A stretch of 64,000 nt of DNA. Origin: Octopus sinensis. Lineage: Eukaryota. Location: positions 74,586,001-74,650,000 of the forward strand of contig NC_043002.1 of the NCBI RefSeq assembly GCF_006345805.1, read 5' to 3'. Both the position numbers and the translations under genes were made by a program. The stretch's first letter is position 1; the number at the start of each line of letters is the position of its first letter. The notes beneath the pieces were generated by a model that did not search any database, was not told the DNA's origin, and saw nothing but the letters and a program-made list of their open reading frames with translations. Positions 1-12,237 of this stretch are shown here, in pieces.

Positions 1-147
1 AATTTTTTAAGAGAATTGAATGTGATCATGACTAATTCATCAAATCAGGAGGGATGAAATGCAAAACTGACCTAACAGGATTTGATCTCAGAATATAATG
101 ACATCTAACTTCTTAAGTAAATACAATGATGATAAGGAAATACTAAC

Positions 148-276
148 CTGGATTTATCTTGCAACTGAGGATTGCCTCGATAGAGAAATTTGGGTGCTGG
201 GACATCAGGTATCTCTTCAGGCCGTACAGAGGAAACTTGAGCAGAGTCCTTTTTCGAATCTGATTCAGCATCATTT
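148..276 (-). CDS. PPIG: Coding exon 9: NDAESDSKKDSAQVSSVRPEEIPDVPAPKFLYRGNPQLQDKS (moca-type motif); gene continues beyond the window
   Basis: ttctcttgttcctAG / GTTAGT, 129 nt; VRPEEIP..P...FL.R is the conserved motif of moca-family cyclophilins. Confidence 0.92.
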
Positions 277-410
277 CTAGGAACAAGAGAAAAATTGTCA
301 CTACATTATAATTTATATCTTTCAATTCTCTTTCCCTCCTATCTAATATTTCAATAGCATATGGGTGACTAACAAAAGGAAAACAAAACATAAACTGAAG
401 ATATTAATAC

Positions 411-618
411 TGATTTCAAATTTTGGCACAAGGGCAGCAATTTTGGGGGAGTTGGGTAAATCAGTTACATCAACTCCAGTGCTCAACTGGTTCTTATTCT
501 ATCAACCCTGAGAGGGATGAAAGGCAAAGTCAACCTCAGTGGAATTTGAACTCAGAACATGAGGATAGATGAAAATGCCGCTAAGCAGTTTTTGCCCGCC
601 AAGCTAACAATTCTGCCA
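411..618 (-). mobile_element. SINE family A copy; others at ~1440-1545, ~47400-47520, 52697-52908 and 62290-62524
   Basis: GATGAAAGGCAAAGTCAACCTCAGTGGAATTTGAACTCAGAAC core. Confidence 0.9.
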
Positions 619-1912
619 TGAAGTAAATGTTGAAAATTTTGATGTTGATGGATATATTTATAAAAGTTGTTTTATTTCCATTACTTCAAGGAACTCATCT
701 TTTAGGAAAAATAATTCTAGTATGGAGCTGAATTACTAAACGCTTATACAGTCATTAGTTTAAAACCAGCTACATCTATTGTTTCATATTCATATGAAGT
801 TCCTTTGAAGAAAAAAAATAGATGTTGGGTGACAACAGTTGGTTTAACAATGGAAGACAACCTTTCATTCCTATGTACTTCTTGATTTTGAAGATACAAA
901 GGAATAGAATTCATAGATATAAATGAATAAAAATTGCTACAAATAGTGATTTCATAATTATCATTCTAATATATTTTTTAATGTTAAATTTTGCAGACAA
1001 AATATTAAGTCTTTTTCCATACAAGAATGAGCTCAATTGCTCTGCAAATTTAGATACCGTTTTATCAGAACTTATACATTAATAAAATTTTTGCATGCTA
1101 AAAACTCTTATGTAAATAACACAGCTCTCTGTTCGTATGTATCCCTCGACTTAAAGAGACAGAATTGGTATTATTCAGCTGCTATGGGGAAGGGATGTAG
1201 CACTTATTTCCAGCTGTAGAAAGACTGAAAACTGCTAGTAATTATTGTTGGAAAATAACCTAGACTACAGCTATCACTCACAACTGAGGATGACTTGGTA
1301 TCACATACTATGCTCTTATTGATTGTTTTAGGCGTTCATGTACTTGCAGGGAGGCATAGACACCTTCTCAGCTCTTCTACACTTGATCTAGCAAAACAGA
1401 CAGAATGTGAGGAGAGAATTGCACCAGTAAAACACCTACAATGCAAAGAGAAGGCTGGTACTTTATGAAACCCAAAAAGATGAAAAGTAAAGTTGACTTT
1501 GACAGGATTTGAACTCAGAATGCAGAGAGCTGGAACAAATACCACAACACTGATGCTTTAAAGACTTGTTCAAAAACAAGTGACAAATAAAACTATATCA
1601 GGGTTGTCAAATAAGAGTTCATCTAATTAAATATCAAGCAAGAGAACCATTTTTTGAACAGAAAAATTTTCTACCTTTCAAAACCTAGTTTGATAAAGTA
1701 GAAAGCTTATCTGGATACTAAAAATTTCATTTAATGAATCACCTTAGGAAGTTATGGCAATTTTCTTACTATCCCAACAGAAAATAGTCTTTAAATAGAG
1801 AATTTCAAAACTATTATGAAGGTACAAGACAGACATGAAGAATACGAAAAAAGAAACTATTATTTCTTTTCAAGGTGAATGAAATGGGGGGGGGGGCTAA
1901 AAAGAAACTTAC

Positions 1913-2090
1913 TTTGATTCTTTCTTTTTCTTCTTTTTTTTCTCCTTCTTCTTCTTTGATTTCTTTTTCTTCTTCTTTGATTTCTTCTTTTTCTTTTCAG
2001 TATCACTTTCTGAAGCCGAAGAGCTAGAGTCTGAAGATGATCCTGATGAGGAAACTGATTCACTTTCTGACTCATGTCGTCTCTTCTTAG
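1913..2090 (-). CDS. PPIG: Coding exon 8: Ser-rich then Lys-rich tract (KKRRHESESESVSSSGSSSDSSSSASESDTEKKKKKSKKKKKKSKKKKEKKKKKKES)
   Basis: ctgtgattAG / GTAAGT, 178 nt, open in the frame set by exon 7; Ser/Lys block follows the domain in PPIG/NKTR-type proteins. Confidence 0.92.
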
Positions 2091-2340
2091 CTAATCACAG
2101 AAATACAAAGAATATTATATAGAATAGCTGACAAAGGGCTGTACAGGAACAGAAAAATATCTTAGAAACAGTTTATAAAATTCAAAAAAAAAAAAAGAAG
2201 TTAACTTTGTGTACCTGAAATGTCAAAATTCACACTCCACTCACAGCACACAAACTTATTCATTATAAATTCAAAGATAACCTAAAGAATCATTCTACTA
2301 AAAAGGAAATCTTAAAAAGAAAAGCAGTACTATACACTAC

Positions 2341-2486
2341 CTTTCGGCTTCATCTGCAACACCAATTCTCCACAGTTAGCCACTCTGACCTGCTCTAAAG
2401 GACTGCTTTGACTGTTTGTCTTCTCATTCTCTATCTGGCAAACAACGTCCGTTCCATTAATCACACGACCAAATACAACATGAACC
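2341..2486 (-). CDS. PPIG: Cyclophilin coding exon 7: VHVVFGRVINGTDVVCQIENEKTNSQSSPLEQVRVANCGELVLQMKPK
   Basis: ttctcctcgtattgcAG / GTAGTG, 146 nt; HVVFG and V.V..CGEL close the domain. Confidence 0.97.
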
Positions 2487-3163
2487 CTGCAATACGAGGA
2501 GAAAAAAAAGGAAGGTAGAAACTTCAGCTAAATCATGATTCATTGTCTAGGCAAAAATCCCATTTTCATTCTTAACTCTTCAACATAAAACCTTATTAAA
2601 TTTAATTATCATAAAGGCATTGCACTGCTTTATAATTTATGATTACATAAAAAGAAAATCACAGACTTAGAGAATCTATTTTTAATGTAATTTTCCTGTC
2701 CCAATATCAAAAGACTTTTACAGGTCTTTTTCTTCATGTGAACATGAGTTGAATGATTTTACAAAATGTGGATACTGGCTTGAATTGTTAGTTGCAGTAT
2801 CTAAAACATGGATGCTCCTTAATACTAACCAATCAACCATCAAGTGGGAAAAAGCACACATCTTCAATGATAGTCAAAAAAAAATACTAATGACTAGGCT
2901 TGAAATAAAATATTATAGTACATTTAACATTCAGTTACTACTTGCTAATTATCTGAGGAAAGAAAAACTAGAGACAACTATAATAACCTTTGCAAGAATT
3001 ATGATGAAAATGTTCTAAGTAAACAGCTGAAGTTGATACAAACGTTTTTGCTTTTGTCCAACTGTAATTCAATACGGCATAAAGAATTAAATTAATAAAG
3101 TAAAAATGCTCATTTACATATCAAAATATTCATTACTTGAATATAACAGGTCAGAAAACTTAC

Positions 3164-3193
3164 CCATCCAAATGTGGTGAATTTCTTGTTGTT
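3164..3193 (-). CDS. PPIG: Cyclophilin coding exon 6 (30-nt microexon): (I)TTRNSPHLD(G)
   Basis: atatttccAG / GTAAGT; supplies the missing ITT..PHLDG segment with correct phase 2-2. Confidence 0.95.
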
Positions 3194-4049
3194 CTGGAAA
3201 TATAAATATAAAAAAAGAAGACAATGAAACTGAGTATTAACACATGTACACACAAATACACACAAATACAAAAACAAATCTTCATAATCCTGAAATGATA
3301 TATTACCAAAGTAGTATACACCAAAAGGACTAATAGCCTCATCTCTCAGCTTCGATCAAGTCAATGACCTTCTACAAAGCTCAAGTGCAATTCAACTGGA
3401 ATGCTACTCCTGTATCTCGGATACTGACAGTACTTAGTACAAAATTATCCAAGACCACTTCTGAATGGGACTATTCAATTTCAATTGCTGACTCACATAT
3501 TCGTGGCAGATTCGAGGCCAAAGATAGGCCCTATGGCCTAGTGCCATCATTTAGCATTGGCTTTCCATGCTGGCATGCGTTAGACAGTTTGACTGAAACT
3601 GGTAAGTTGCAGGGCTACATCAGATTCCAATCTGACTTGGCATGGTTTCTACAGCTGGATGCCCCTAATGCCAACCACTCCAAGAATGTAACGGGTGCTT
3701 TGTACATGTCACTGGTACAGGTGCCAGTTGTGACACCGGCATCAGCCATGACTACAATTTCACTTGGCTTGATGGGTCATCTCAAACACAGCTTCTATAA
3801 GGCCCAATGTTTGAAGGGTGCTTCTTACATACCACAGGCATAGGCGCCAGTTACATGACACCGGCATTGGCCCCGACTATGATTTCACATGGCTTGACAG
3901 GTCTTGTGTATATGCTCCATTTAGGATTTTTTTTACTGATACCTGTCCCTCCCCTGTGCCTCTTCTATTGCTACTTTGACAGCCTCTGCTACTGAGAACT
4001 AGATACCTATATACCTCCTCCAATCATTTTGCCTTCTTCGATTACTCAT

Positions 4050-5990
4050 ACTGTGTATGAATCCTTATTTAAATTAAGACTCTTCCTGAGCACTTTAGAA
4101 GACATTTAAGATCTATTACCAACCAAGAAAAAGATTACACATTGACAAAAGATGATGGGATATAAAGGACAAATATATATAGGAGCAGGAAATCAATTAC
4201 AGAGGAAAAATTGAGTAAAATATTCAATATAAGTTTGGGCAGTGAGACAATATGGTGGATGAGATCAAGTTGTCATATACCCAACGGAGAAGGTTTCAAA
4301 GTCTCTGTTCATCGAAGCAGCACATGCAGAACCTGAAATGTCTTAGATTACATGTGACAGCACCTGTGAGTGTGAAAAGCTAAAAAACAGTTAATGGTGG
4401 TAACATATGCATAAGAGTTTGTGTTAAGGAGCAAATTAATGCATGGAAAGAAAATTATGGGAATAATACCTGAACTTTGGGTAGATCATACATTCATGGA
4501 ACAGATGCAAGAGAAAAGAAACAGATGGGATCCATAGGTGGGTTACTTCCATAACATATGCTGCAATGGAGCAGTGACAGAAAACTTTAGAGGTAAACCA
4601 GAAATGAAAAAAATTTCAGGTAAAGAGATCCGTTAGTGCATCCTGCAATGGAGCAATCTGAAGTAAAACCTTCAATCTAAGCAATGAAAGAGATAAAGGC
4701 CATAGGCAGACAACTCAGGAGGTTTGCTTGCCAGACAACTGAAGGCCTTGCTTATGTCAAAAACAACAACAATGTCTTCTTGGAAGTTTTCATGGTTGAG
4801 AGACCAGTGGTGTGTGATATGCTAGGAGAGTCTTCAGTAGATCTAGCTCAACAAAAGCTATAATTCCATTGAATAGGAAAGAGATTTTAGGTGTGAAAAA
4901 AGTTTATGTTTACAACTATCCCTAACACTTTAGAGATGCTAGAAGTGAAGACAGTTCATCAGTAGTTGCCATGCCTTTCTATAAGACAAGGGGCAATTCC
5001 CAACTAACAGAAAGATTGAATAAGTTAGGCAAAAAAAAAAAGAGCCAGCAGAGGAATGCAGGATTTGAGAATATTTGAAAATACTGTGTCACAGCTATTG
5101 TCTAGGGAGGTGCCTTGTTGTATGTGCAGTGTAGAAGTGGAAGCAAAATGGGCAGCAAATATTGTGGCTTCATCAGAAGGAGAGCTACTTACAGAGACAT
5201 CTTGGTTGAGGAGTGACAAGTAGGAGATTCTGCAAAGTTAGTAGAGATCATCTTGACCAAGGTCCACAAAGCTCAGTTGCAATATAGGAAGTAGGAAACT
5301 TGCAGGCCATGTGATGTGCAAAGACACCTTTTGCTTTCTTGATGGCTATCTTGCAGATTTCACGCTGATGGATGAACTCATTCCAGGTGGAAACGGTGGG
5401 TTACTTCCTTCAAGTGTTGCAGGCAGTGTTCTTCCTCTGTATAGCTGCAAGCGAACTACTGCAGGGTTTTGGTATTGTGGGTTTTAGGCGTGTGAAGAAT
5501 ATGGAGGGGCATATCTAGGCAAGTGATATCAGCTGTCTTATGAGTCAAAAGCAATGCACACATACTACCAAAGTTTAGAACTGAGAGTGGGTTGCCTTGA
5601 TTAGGTAATAATTAGATTTTAATATGGACTAAGATTGTATTGGCTGGACAAAAGTTAGTTTGAGAGGTGAGAAAGAATGACAAATATGTACACTGTTCAG
5701 AGATAGAGATATAAGTAAATGATAAAACTAATTGGTGTGGACAACAAAAATGGTTAACAATTTGGCCTCTACACCAATGGTGATTGTGTAGTTTGAGTGT
5801 GAGAGCCAAGGGGAATTAAGTATATTTGGATCACTAAAGCTGATAACTTCAGAGAGAAGTAACACGAGATGAGATAGTTGCAAAACGACAGATAATGCAA
5901 CATCTACTTGTGAGTGTTTAGAGGGAGTTACAGAGAAGTAGAGACAGTAGATGTACTTAGAACAGAAAAAAAAAAACACTTAGAGAAAAT
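4050..5990 (-). mobile_element. Degraded CR1-group LINE (linker plus RT domain)
   Basis: Minus strand yields, across frameshifts, AIFAAHFASTSTL, ARST.D.LAYITHHWS, FDISKAF and AYGL remnants. Confidence 0.7.
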
Positions 5991-6112
5991 GTAACTGTAA
6001 GACTTTACTGTTATCTAGTTATCACTACACTACAGGTGAATTCAAACCTACACAACCAGATTCAGAAAAGTTTTTCCTAGAGCAGCTTAATAGATGAATA
6101 TGACCCTTATTG

Positions 6113-6143
<31 letters not shown>

Positions 6144-6699
6144 GAGGAGTCAAGTTTATATTTGGAACTGTGATCATTGTATGATATATCTATTATACTA
6201 TATGTAATTATTGTTGTAACTGCTTTTGCTATATTTGCTCTTTTATATTTCCATTATAATTAGATAATCTCAGTTAATGTTTCTCGATATAGTGTATCAT
6301 GTATGCGGAACTCTACTGTATATTTAAATAGAATTATTTTTTACTGTTTCACATACATTTTTCTATGCTTGCATGGATGACAGGAGAGTTTATTTGTTGG
6401 AGTTAATGTTAGCACCCTTAAATGCCCAACTTACTGTGAACCTTTCACCATGAGATAGGAGAGGTGTGCAATTTTTTATCTTATCAGGCAAACTGGGGCA
6501 AATAACATTAGTTACCTTGATCAGAGGGACAACACAATCATAAGAGTTGAACTTATGACCATGCATTCAGTAGTCTAGCAGTTAAACATCAGCAACTGTC
6601 CCTCGAAAAAACTCCAAGATACTACCAAATACAACATGCAGATCAAAACATTTCAAATAATTCACACATATCAACTGGACAAGTATACAACACCATTGA

Positions 6700-7500
6700 A
6701 TTCAACATGAGGCATTTACCAACACATGCAAGATAGTTATTAGGAAACCAAAAGATGCTATTGCACAACCTGCAATTTCTCCTGCCTCCCAAATTGCAGC
6801 TGGGTTTTCTAGAATCATTTCATTAAGGCCACTACTAACTTTTCAGAATTGTCCTACCTGTCGTTTCTGAACCATGATGGCTCTGTAAGAAGTCTTCTTC
6901 TGATAAAGCTGCTACATTTTCTACCAATTTTGCCTTCAACTTGACACACTGGTCTTTCCAAACCCTCCTTCATTCAATCTCTTTCATCCTCACATGTACA
7001 TAGTCACCAAGTGGGAAAGTTCCAATTACCCAACCCAATAATGTGATTGGTCTGAGAAAATCCCTTCTATTAACTTCAAACTGTCCCTTCTGTTAACTTC
7101 TAGAACTAGCACCTCCCTTACAAAATTTTTCAATCTTCCTCACATTACAAGAACCTATCCAAATCTATGAAAACATGCAATGCTGTATTTCATTTCCAAG
7201 AAAGGACTTCTTTGATTTTTCATCACAAAGGTAAACTATTATTACTTCATTATCATTAGTTCCTTTTCAGTCATCTCCAATAGTTTCCACAGATTCAAAT
7301 CAAACAGATTTTTTTCCCTATACCACATATTCAAGTCACCCAACAGCTCCAAAATAATACATATCTCAAGGAAAACAGTCTTGCACTACACATGAACAAT
7401 GCACAAACCATTAAAATCACTGCCAATGTCAGGGCACACAATCTCTGCTGGTGATTTTTACATTTAAACACTGCCAAAACTACATCTGTAACACTAAGAT
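6700..7500 (+). mobile_element. Degraded CR1-group LINE remnant
   Basis: STNFAFNLT and LELAPPLQ-like segments parallel to the 4050-5990 element. Confidence 0.4.
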
Positions 7501-8012
7501 TCTTTGCCACAGCTAGAAAATTAGCTCCAATCAGTTGCTAGCTTTCTATGAAGCTAAAGTATACCTCACACACCTGGTGGTGCTGTTGCTATATGCACAC
7601 AGAAATTTTCTCAACACATCTATAAAACTAACCACTCTAACCACTATGTCATAAATACACTGCTGCTTCAACCACTGGTATACATAGTTTTTGTCTCTCT
7701 GAACTAGATGGTAACATAGGCCTTCCATCCAACATTTCCCCTTCTCCCACAACTCCTACTTTGCCATCGCTTAAACTGCACACAAACTGTTTGCTTGTCT
7801 TACAACTAATTAACATTCAAGACCTAGTCTTCAGCAGTTAAATATATACAGGAACAGGCATATATAACATTAACAAACTGGTTTCTATGTAATTTTAATT
7901 AACAAACACATTTGTTACTTTCTATTTATGGTACAAAAAATATATTTTGGCCAAAGCCATTTCCCTTAATTAGTACAAATAGATCGTTGTAAAATAGAAA
8001 TTAGAAACTTAC

Positions 8013-8100
8013 ATAAAAAACTGAGATCCATTTGTATCTTTTCCACGATTAGCCATAGAAAGAAGATATTTCTGGTCATGTTTCAAGATAAAATTCTCGT
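8013..8100 (-). CDS. PPIG: Cyclophilin coding exon 5: (D)[28 protein letters not shown]
   Basis: atcttttcAG / GTAAGT, 88 nt; LSMANRG..TNGSQFF motif. Confidence 0.98.
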
Positions 8101-8324
8101 CTGAAAAGATAAAAAATATTAAAAAAACTCATTCACTTTGACTTGATTATATTTCAATTATTTTTCACATGTGCTCACTCTCACACACAAAAAAAAAATG
8201 AAAATAAAAACTAAAATTTTAAAGCTTTTAAAATTATATATATATATATTAGTTAGTCAGACACACCTACCAGGCCAATGCAAGCCATATTAAATCACCA
8301 AACTACATACCAGCAAATACGTAC

Positions 8325-8369
8325 CAGGAAACACTCCTCCATATATAGATTCTCCACCAGTACCATCAC
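8325..8369 (-). CDS. PPIG: Cyclophilin coding exon 4: (G)DGTGGESIYGGVFP
   Basis: tttttgtttAG / GTACGT, 45 nt; G.GGESIYG motif; phase fits both neighbours. Confidence 0.96.
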
Positions 8370-8700
8370 CTAAACAAAAAGTCAACAGATTTTTAGAAAC
8401 TTAACACCACAATTTTTTTTTTATTCATATTTAACTCCTTCGTAAAGTAGCTGTTACAAACTGCTAAATTTATATTAACATAAAGATGGTCATTTTGTAT
8501 AGTGTCTAATTTAAATTTGTTCAAATTTCGTCATCATCATCATTTAGCACCTGTTTTCCATGCTGGTAAAGGTTACATGGCTTAACTGGAACTGGTAAGC
8601 CAGAGAACTGCACCAGACTCCAATCTGTTTTGGTGTGGTTTCTATGGTTGGATGCTCTTTCTAACACCAACTACTCTACAGAGTGTATTGGGTGTCTTTT

Positions 8701-8935
8701 ACATGTCACCGGCACGGGCACCCCTTACGTATCACCGGCATGGGCGCCCCTTACGTGTCACCAGCACGAATGCCCCTTACGTGTCACCGGCACGAATGCT
8801 CCTTACGTGTCACCAGCACAAATGCCCCTTACGTGCCACTGGCATGAGTGCCCCTTGCGTGTCACCGGCACAAGTGCCCCTTACATGTCACCAGCATGAG
8901 TACCCTTTATGTTTCACCAATACAGGTCCCTCTTA
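8701..8935. repeat. 26-bp minisatellite (~9 units, ACGTGTCACCGGCACGAATGCCCCTT) inside a family C SINE
   Basis: Units counted directly; contiguous, no spacers. Confidence 0.95.
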
Positions 8936-9171
8936 TGTGTTTTAATAAAATAATAAAGTTTTTTTTTTCCATCTGCCATCTACAAAATTATTACCAATAA
9001 ATCTGCTAGTAATACATCTATTGCATGTGATTTTGTTGCTGCTTAGTCCCATGTTAGCCTTGATCAAGCAGAACCATGATTAACCCTTTAGCAATTAAAG
9101 TGGCTATATCTGGCCCAAATATTCTGTCTGATTTTCAAAACATGCAGAGTTGGGCCTCACAGAAACTTTAA

Positions 9172-9391
9172 CCTTTTAGCATTTAAATCGGCTATATTTG
9201 GACAAAATATTCTATTTGCTTTATATTCAAACTGGTCAAATATGGTTTCTCACACCTACCCTACGAAGTCACACTAAAAGTAAACAGTCATATCATCGAA
9301 ATCTCAAAGCTACAAAATAATGCATGATTAATTCAAAACAATGTGAATACAAAAGCATTATAATTGACAAAGTAATCTGAATGCTAAAGGG
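9172..9391. mobile_element. piggyBac-type MITE, with a partial second left end at ~9084-9130
   Basis: TTAA|CCTTTTAGCATTT ... AATGCTAAAGGG|TAAA; similar left end TTAA|CCCTTTAGCAATT just upstream. Confidence 0.75.
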
Positions 9392-11593
9392 TAAATACAC
9401 TAAAAACTTTTACCCTGTATATGTGTTGCTGAAATTAGGGTGCATCTAATATGCTCATGCATTTTTTTATGCCATCAAATAGGGTACTTACTTATTTTTA
9501 TACTAAATTGTTGAAAAAACACCTTTTACTGTCTTAACTATAAACAGGGAGAGACACTTTAAAGTGTGGTACAGTGAATGAAAGAGATAACATCAGTATA
9601 ATTTCTTTTACAGTCAAATTCATCATCATCATCAACATCGATTTTTCATGGGTTTGATGGTTAGACCAGAGCTGGAGAGCTGAACCAGTCTAGTCTGATT
9701 TGGCTTGGTTTCTACAACTGGTTGCCCTCCCTAACACCAACCACTTTACAGAGTATGCTGAGTGCTTTTTACATGGCCCAGCACAAGTGCTGCTAGGATT
9801 TCATATTACAATGTCATAAAACCAGTTGTGTTATATTCTCTCATTTCTGAATTTCCCCACTTTCCCACTGCTGCTGTCATTTTTACATCCACTTTTCTGT
9901 TCTGGTATAGGCTAGATAATAGACAGAGGCTCTTCTTGATTTTTAAATCTAGTTACTTCACTCTACATCTTTGCAGGGTGAACATTGTCAGAGCAAATTT
10001 AAACAGAGGCAAAAACATTCACACATACACAAACAGGCTTCTGTATAGTTTCTGCCAACCAAACATAATAGAACTAGTCACATCCAATGCTAACACAGAA
10101 AATAAATGTTAACATAAGAGAAACCAGTTTACAAGTCATCTGAAGGTAACTTTGACTTATTCTTAAACTTTATAAGAGCACAATGGCTGGAAAATATTCA
10201 CTCATGAGTGAAGCAAATCTCCACAAGTTATCAGCTATATAGAGAGCTGCAGTGGAATTGTGTCATAAAATAAACAAGTATTCATTATTTAGTATTTGTG
10301 GTGTACAATTTAGATTTTATATATTTTTTTTTTCCATTTTACAAATCATCAACATTATAGTTTTTACATCCATCTTTTATGTTAACATAGGATGGATAGG
10401 TTGTCACCATTTGAACCAGTTCTTGTTGAGAATCACAACACTCTGGGGGCAAGTCAAAAGATCGCATTTCACTCACAGAATACAGCTTTTGGCATGGTTT
10501 CTACAACTGAATACTCTTCCTGTCATTAACCACTTTACGAATAGAAATGGCTGTACTAGAGCTTGTCATAAGACTAACAAGTCCCCACAACTCTATATTG
10601 TCTTTACTTGATTTGTCAAGCACTTTGTACAGAATGTACTGGATGCATTTTGCTGTGGCACCACAATAGGTAGGTTGTACCTTGCAACACTAAAGAACCC
10701 TCATGTCTTTAGAGCGAGAAAAGAAGAGAGGCTGTAATAATATAGACTATACTCAAGGTAAGATGGCAAAAGTAACAAATCTATGATTGGAGGAAGAGTT
10801 ATTAATGTGAGAAGGTGCTAGAGAAAAGACTAACAATTTCTTTTTTCAGGTTTTTTCCAAATTGCTTCTGTACATGTAGCAGTTAATAAAGTGATACTCA
10901 TTATACTATACTCTGCTGATGCCACATAAAAAGCACTGGTGCCGATGCCACGTAAAAAGCACTGGTGCTGTGTAAAAAGTACTGGTGCTGCGTAAAAAGA
11001 ACTGGTGCAGGTGCCAGATAAAAAGCAACCAATATACTCTGTAAAGTGGTTGGTGTTAGGAAGGGCATCCAGCCATAGTAATGATGCCAAAACAGACAAT
11101 GGAGCCTGGTGTGGTCCCTGGCCTTATGAGCACTTGTCAAACTGTCCAAACCATGCCAGCATGGAAAACATATGTATACATTTATATAATAAATGCATTA
11201 AAAAATAAACTTCTTACGCAATGGAAAATCTTGAACTCTAAAAGTTGCTGATATTTAGGAATTTTAGTCTAATCCTAATTACTAAAACAAAAGTATTTTC
11301 ACAAAAGTAATGAAAGAATTACAATACGGAAACCTCAGAAATTCTAAAATTTATATTCATTTCCAAAAGAGATGTTATGTAAAATATAAATAAGAAAATG
11401 TGAGTGACAATTTTTCTCTCCAAGTATTAATGGTTAATATAAATATATTACATACTTTCATGTATTGCAAAAATTCAATGCTTAATAAAATAATTAGTTT
11501 AAATCAAAAGCTAACAACATAGAGTATGTTTCACAAACAATTAGTGTAAGCTGAAAAAATATTTATGGTGAACATGGTGAAATATTTTCTTAC

Positions 11594-11701
11594 CTTTTGT
11601 GAAGTCACCTCCCTGTATCATAAAATCTTTAACAACTCGGTGGAAAAGGATTCCTTTATAATGAAGAGGTTTTCCAGTCTTCTGCCCTAAACCCTTCTCC
11701 C
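11594..11701 (-). CDS. PPIG: Cyclophilin coding exon 3: (G)[35 protein letters not shown]
   Basis: atttttcAG / GTAAGA, 108 nt; [15 protein letters not shown] carries the catalytic Arg/Phe/Met/Gln positions. Confidence 0.98.
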
Positions 11702-12162
11702 CTGAAAAATTATGAAGTTAATTAATTACTGAAAACACCACATATATTTAATATTTTATTATATTGTGTTGTCAAATAAATTTAATCAGTTTTTCTTTCA
11801 TTTATTTTTATCTTTTCCAATGTTATTTGAATTAATGGGAAAAATAATCTTTTTATTGTAGTGTTTTATGGTTCTTTTTGAATAACCATTCTTCCTTTAT
11901 TTTTGGTTATTATTTTTGAAATTGAAATAAATTTTACCTCTTTTCAGACATATGATGATAGAGAGTTATTAAAAAAGAATGAATTTATTTGGCAACCCAA
12001 TACAATAACTACACTAGAAATGAAATGATTAAAACACACAAGCAAAATGAATGACAATGGACTCTTTAGAAGTATAAGACAATAAACAATTCTATGAATG
12101 TGTAATGAATATTGATAATAAAATAACACGGAAAGCAAAAAAAAACAAAACAAAATAATTAC

Positions 12163-12237
12163 CTGTACAGAGGGCTCTAAAATTTTCACATGTCTTGGGA
12201 CAGATGTCAGAAAAAAGCTCCACCACAATGCGACCCA
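12163..12237 (-). CDS. PPIG: Cyclophilin coding exon 2: (L)[24 protein letters not shown]
   Basis: ttttattttgcAG acceptor, GTAATT donor, 75 nt phase 1-1; cyclophilin [15 protein letters not shown] motif. Confidence 0.97.

Noticed and set aside
1860-2075. Arg/Lys-rich ORF (protamine-like look) and the 143-391 ORF
   Set aside because: Wrong-frame readings of real cyclophilin exons 8 and 9; splice phases fix the other frame.
3364-3843. 159-aa ORF
   Set aside because: Runs through a CR1 remnant and the antisense strand of a family C SINE.
8701-8935. Regular ~26-bp repeats as a CRISPR array
   Set aside because: Units are contiguous with no unique spacers, lie inside a SINE, and the context is eukaryotic with no cas genes.
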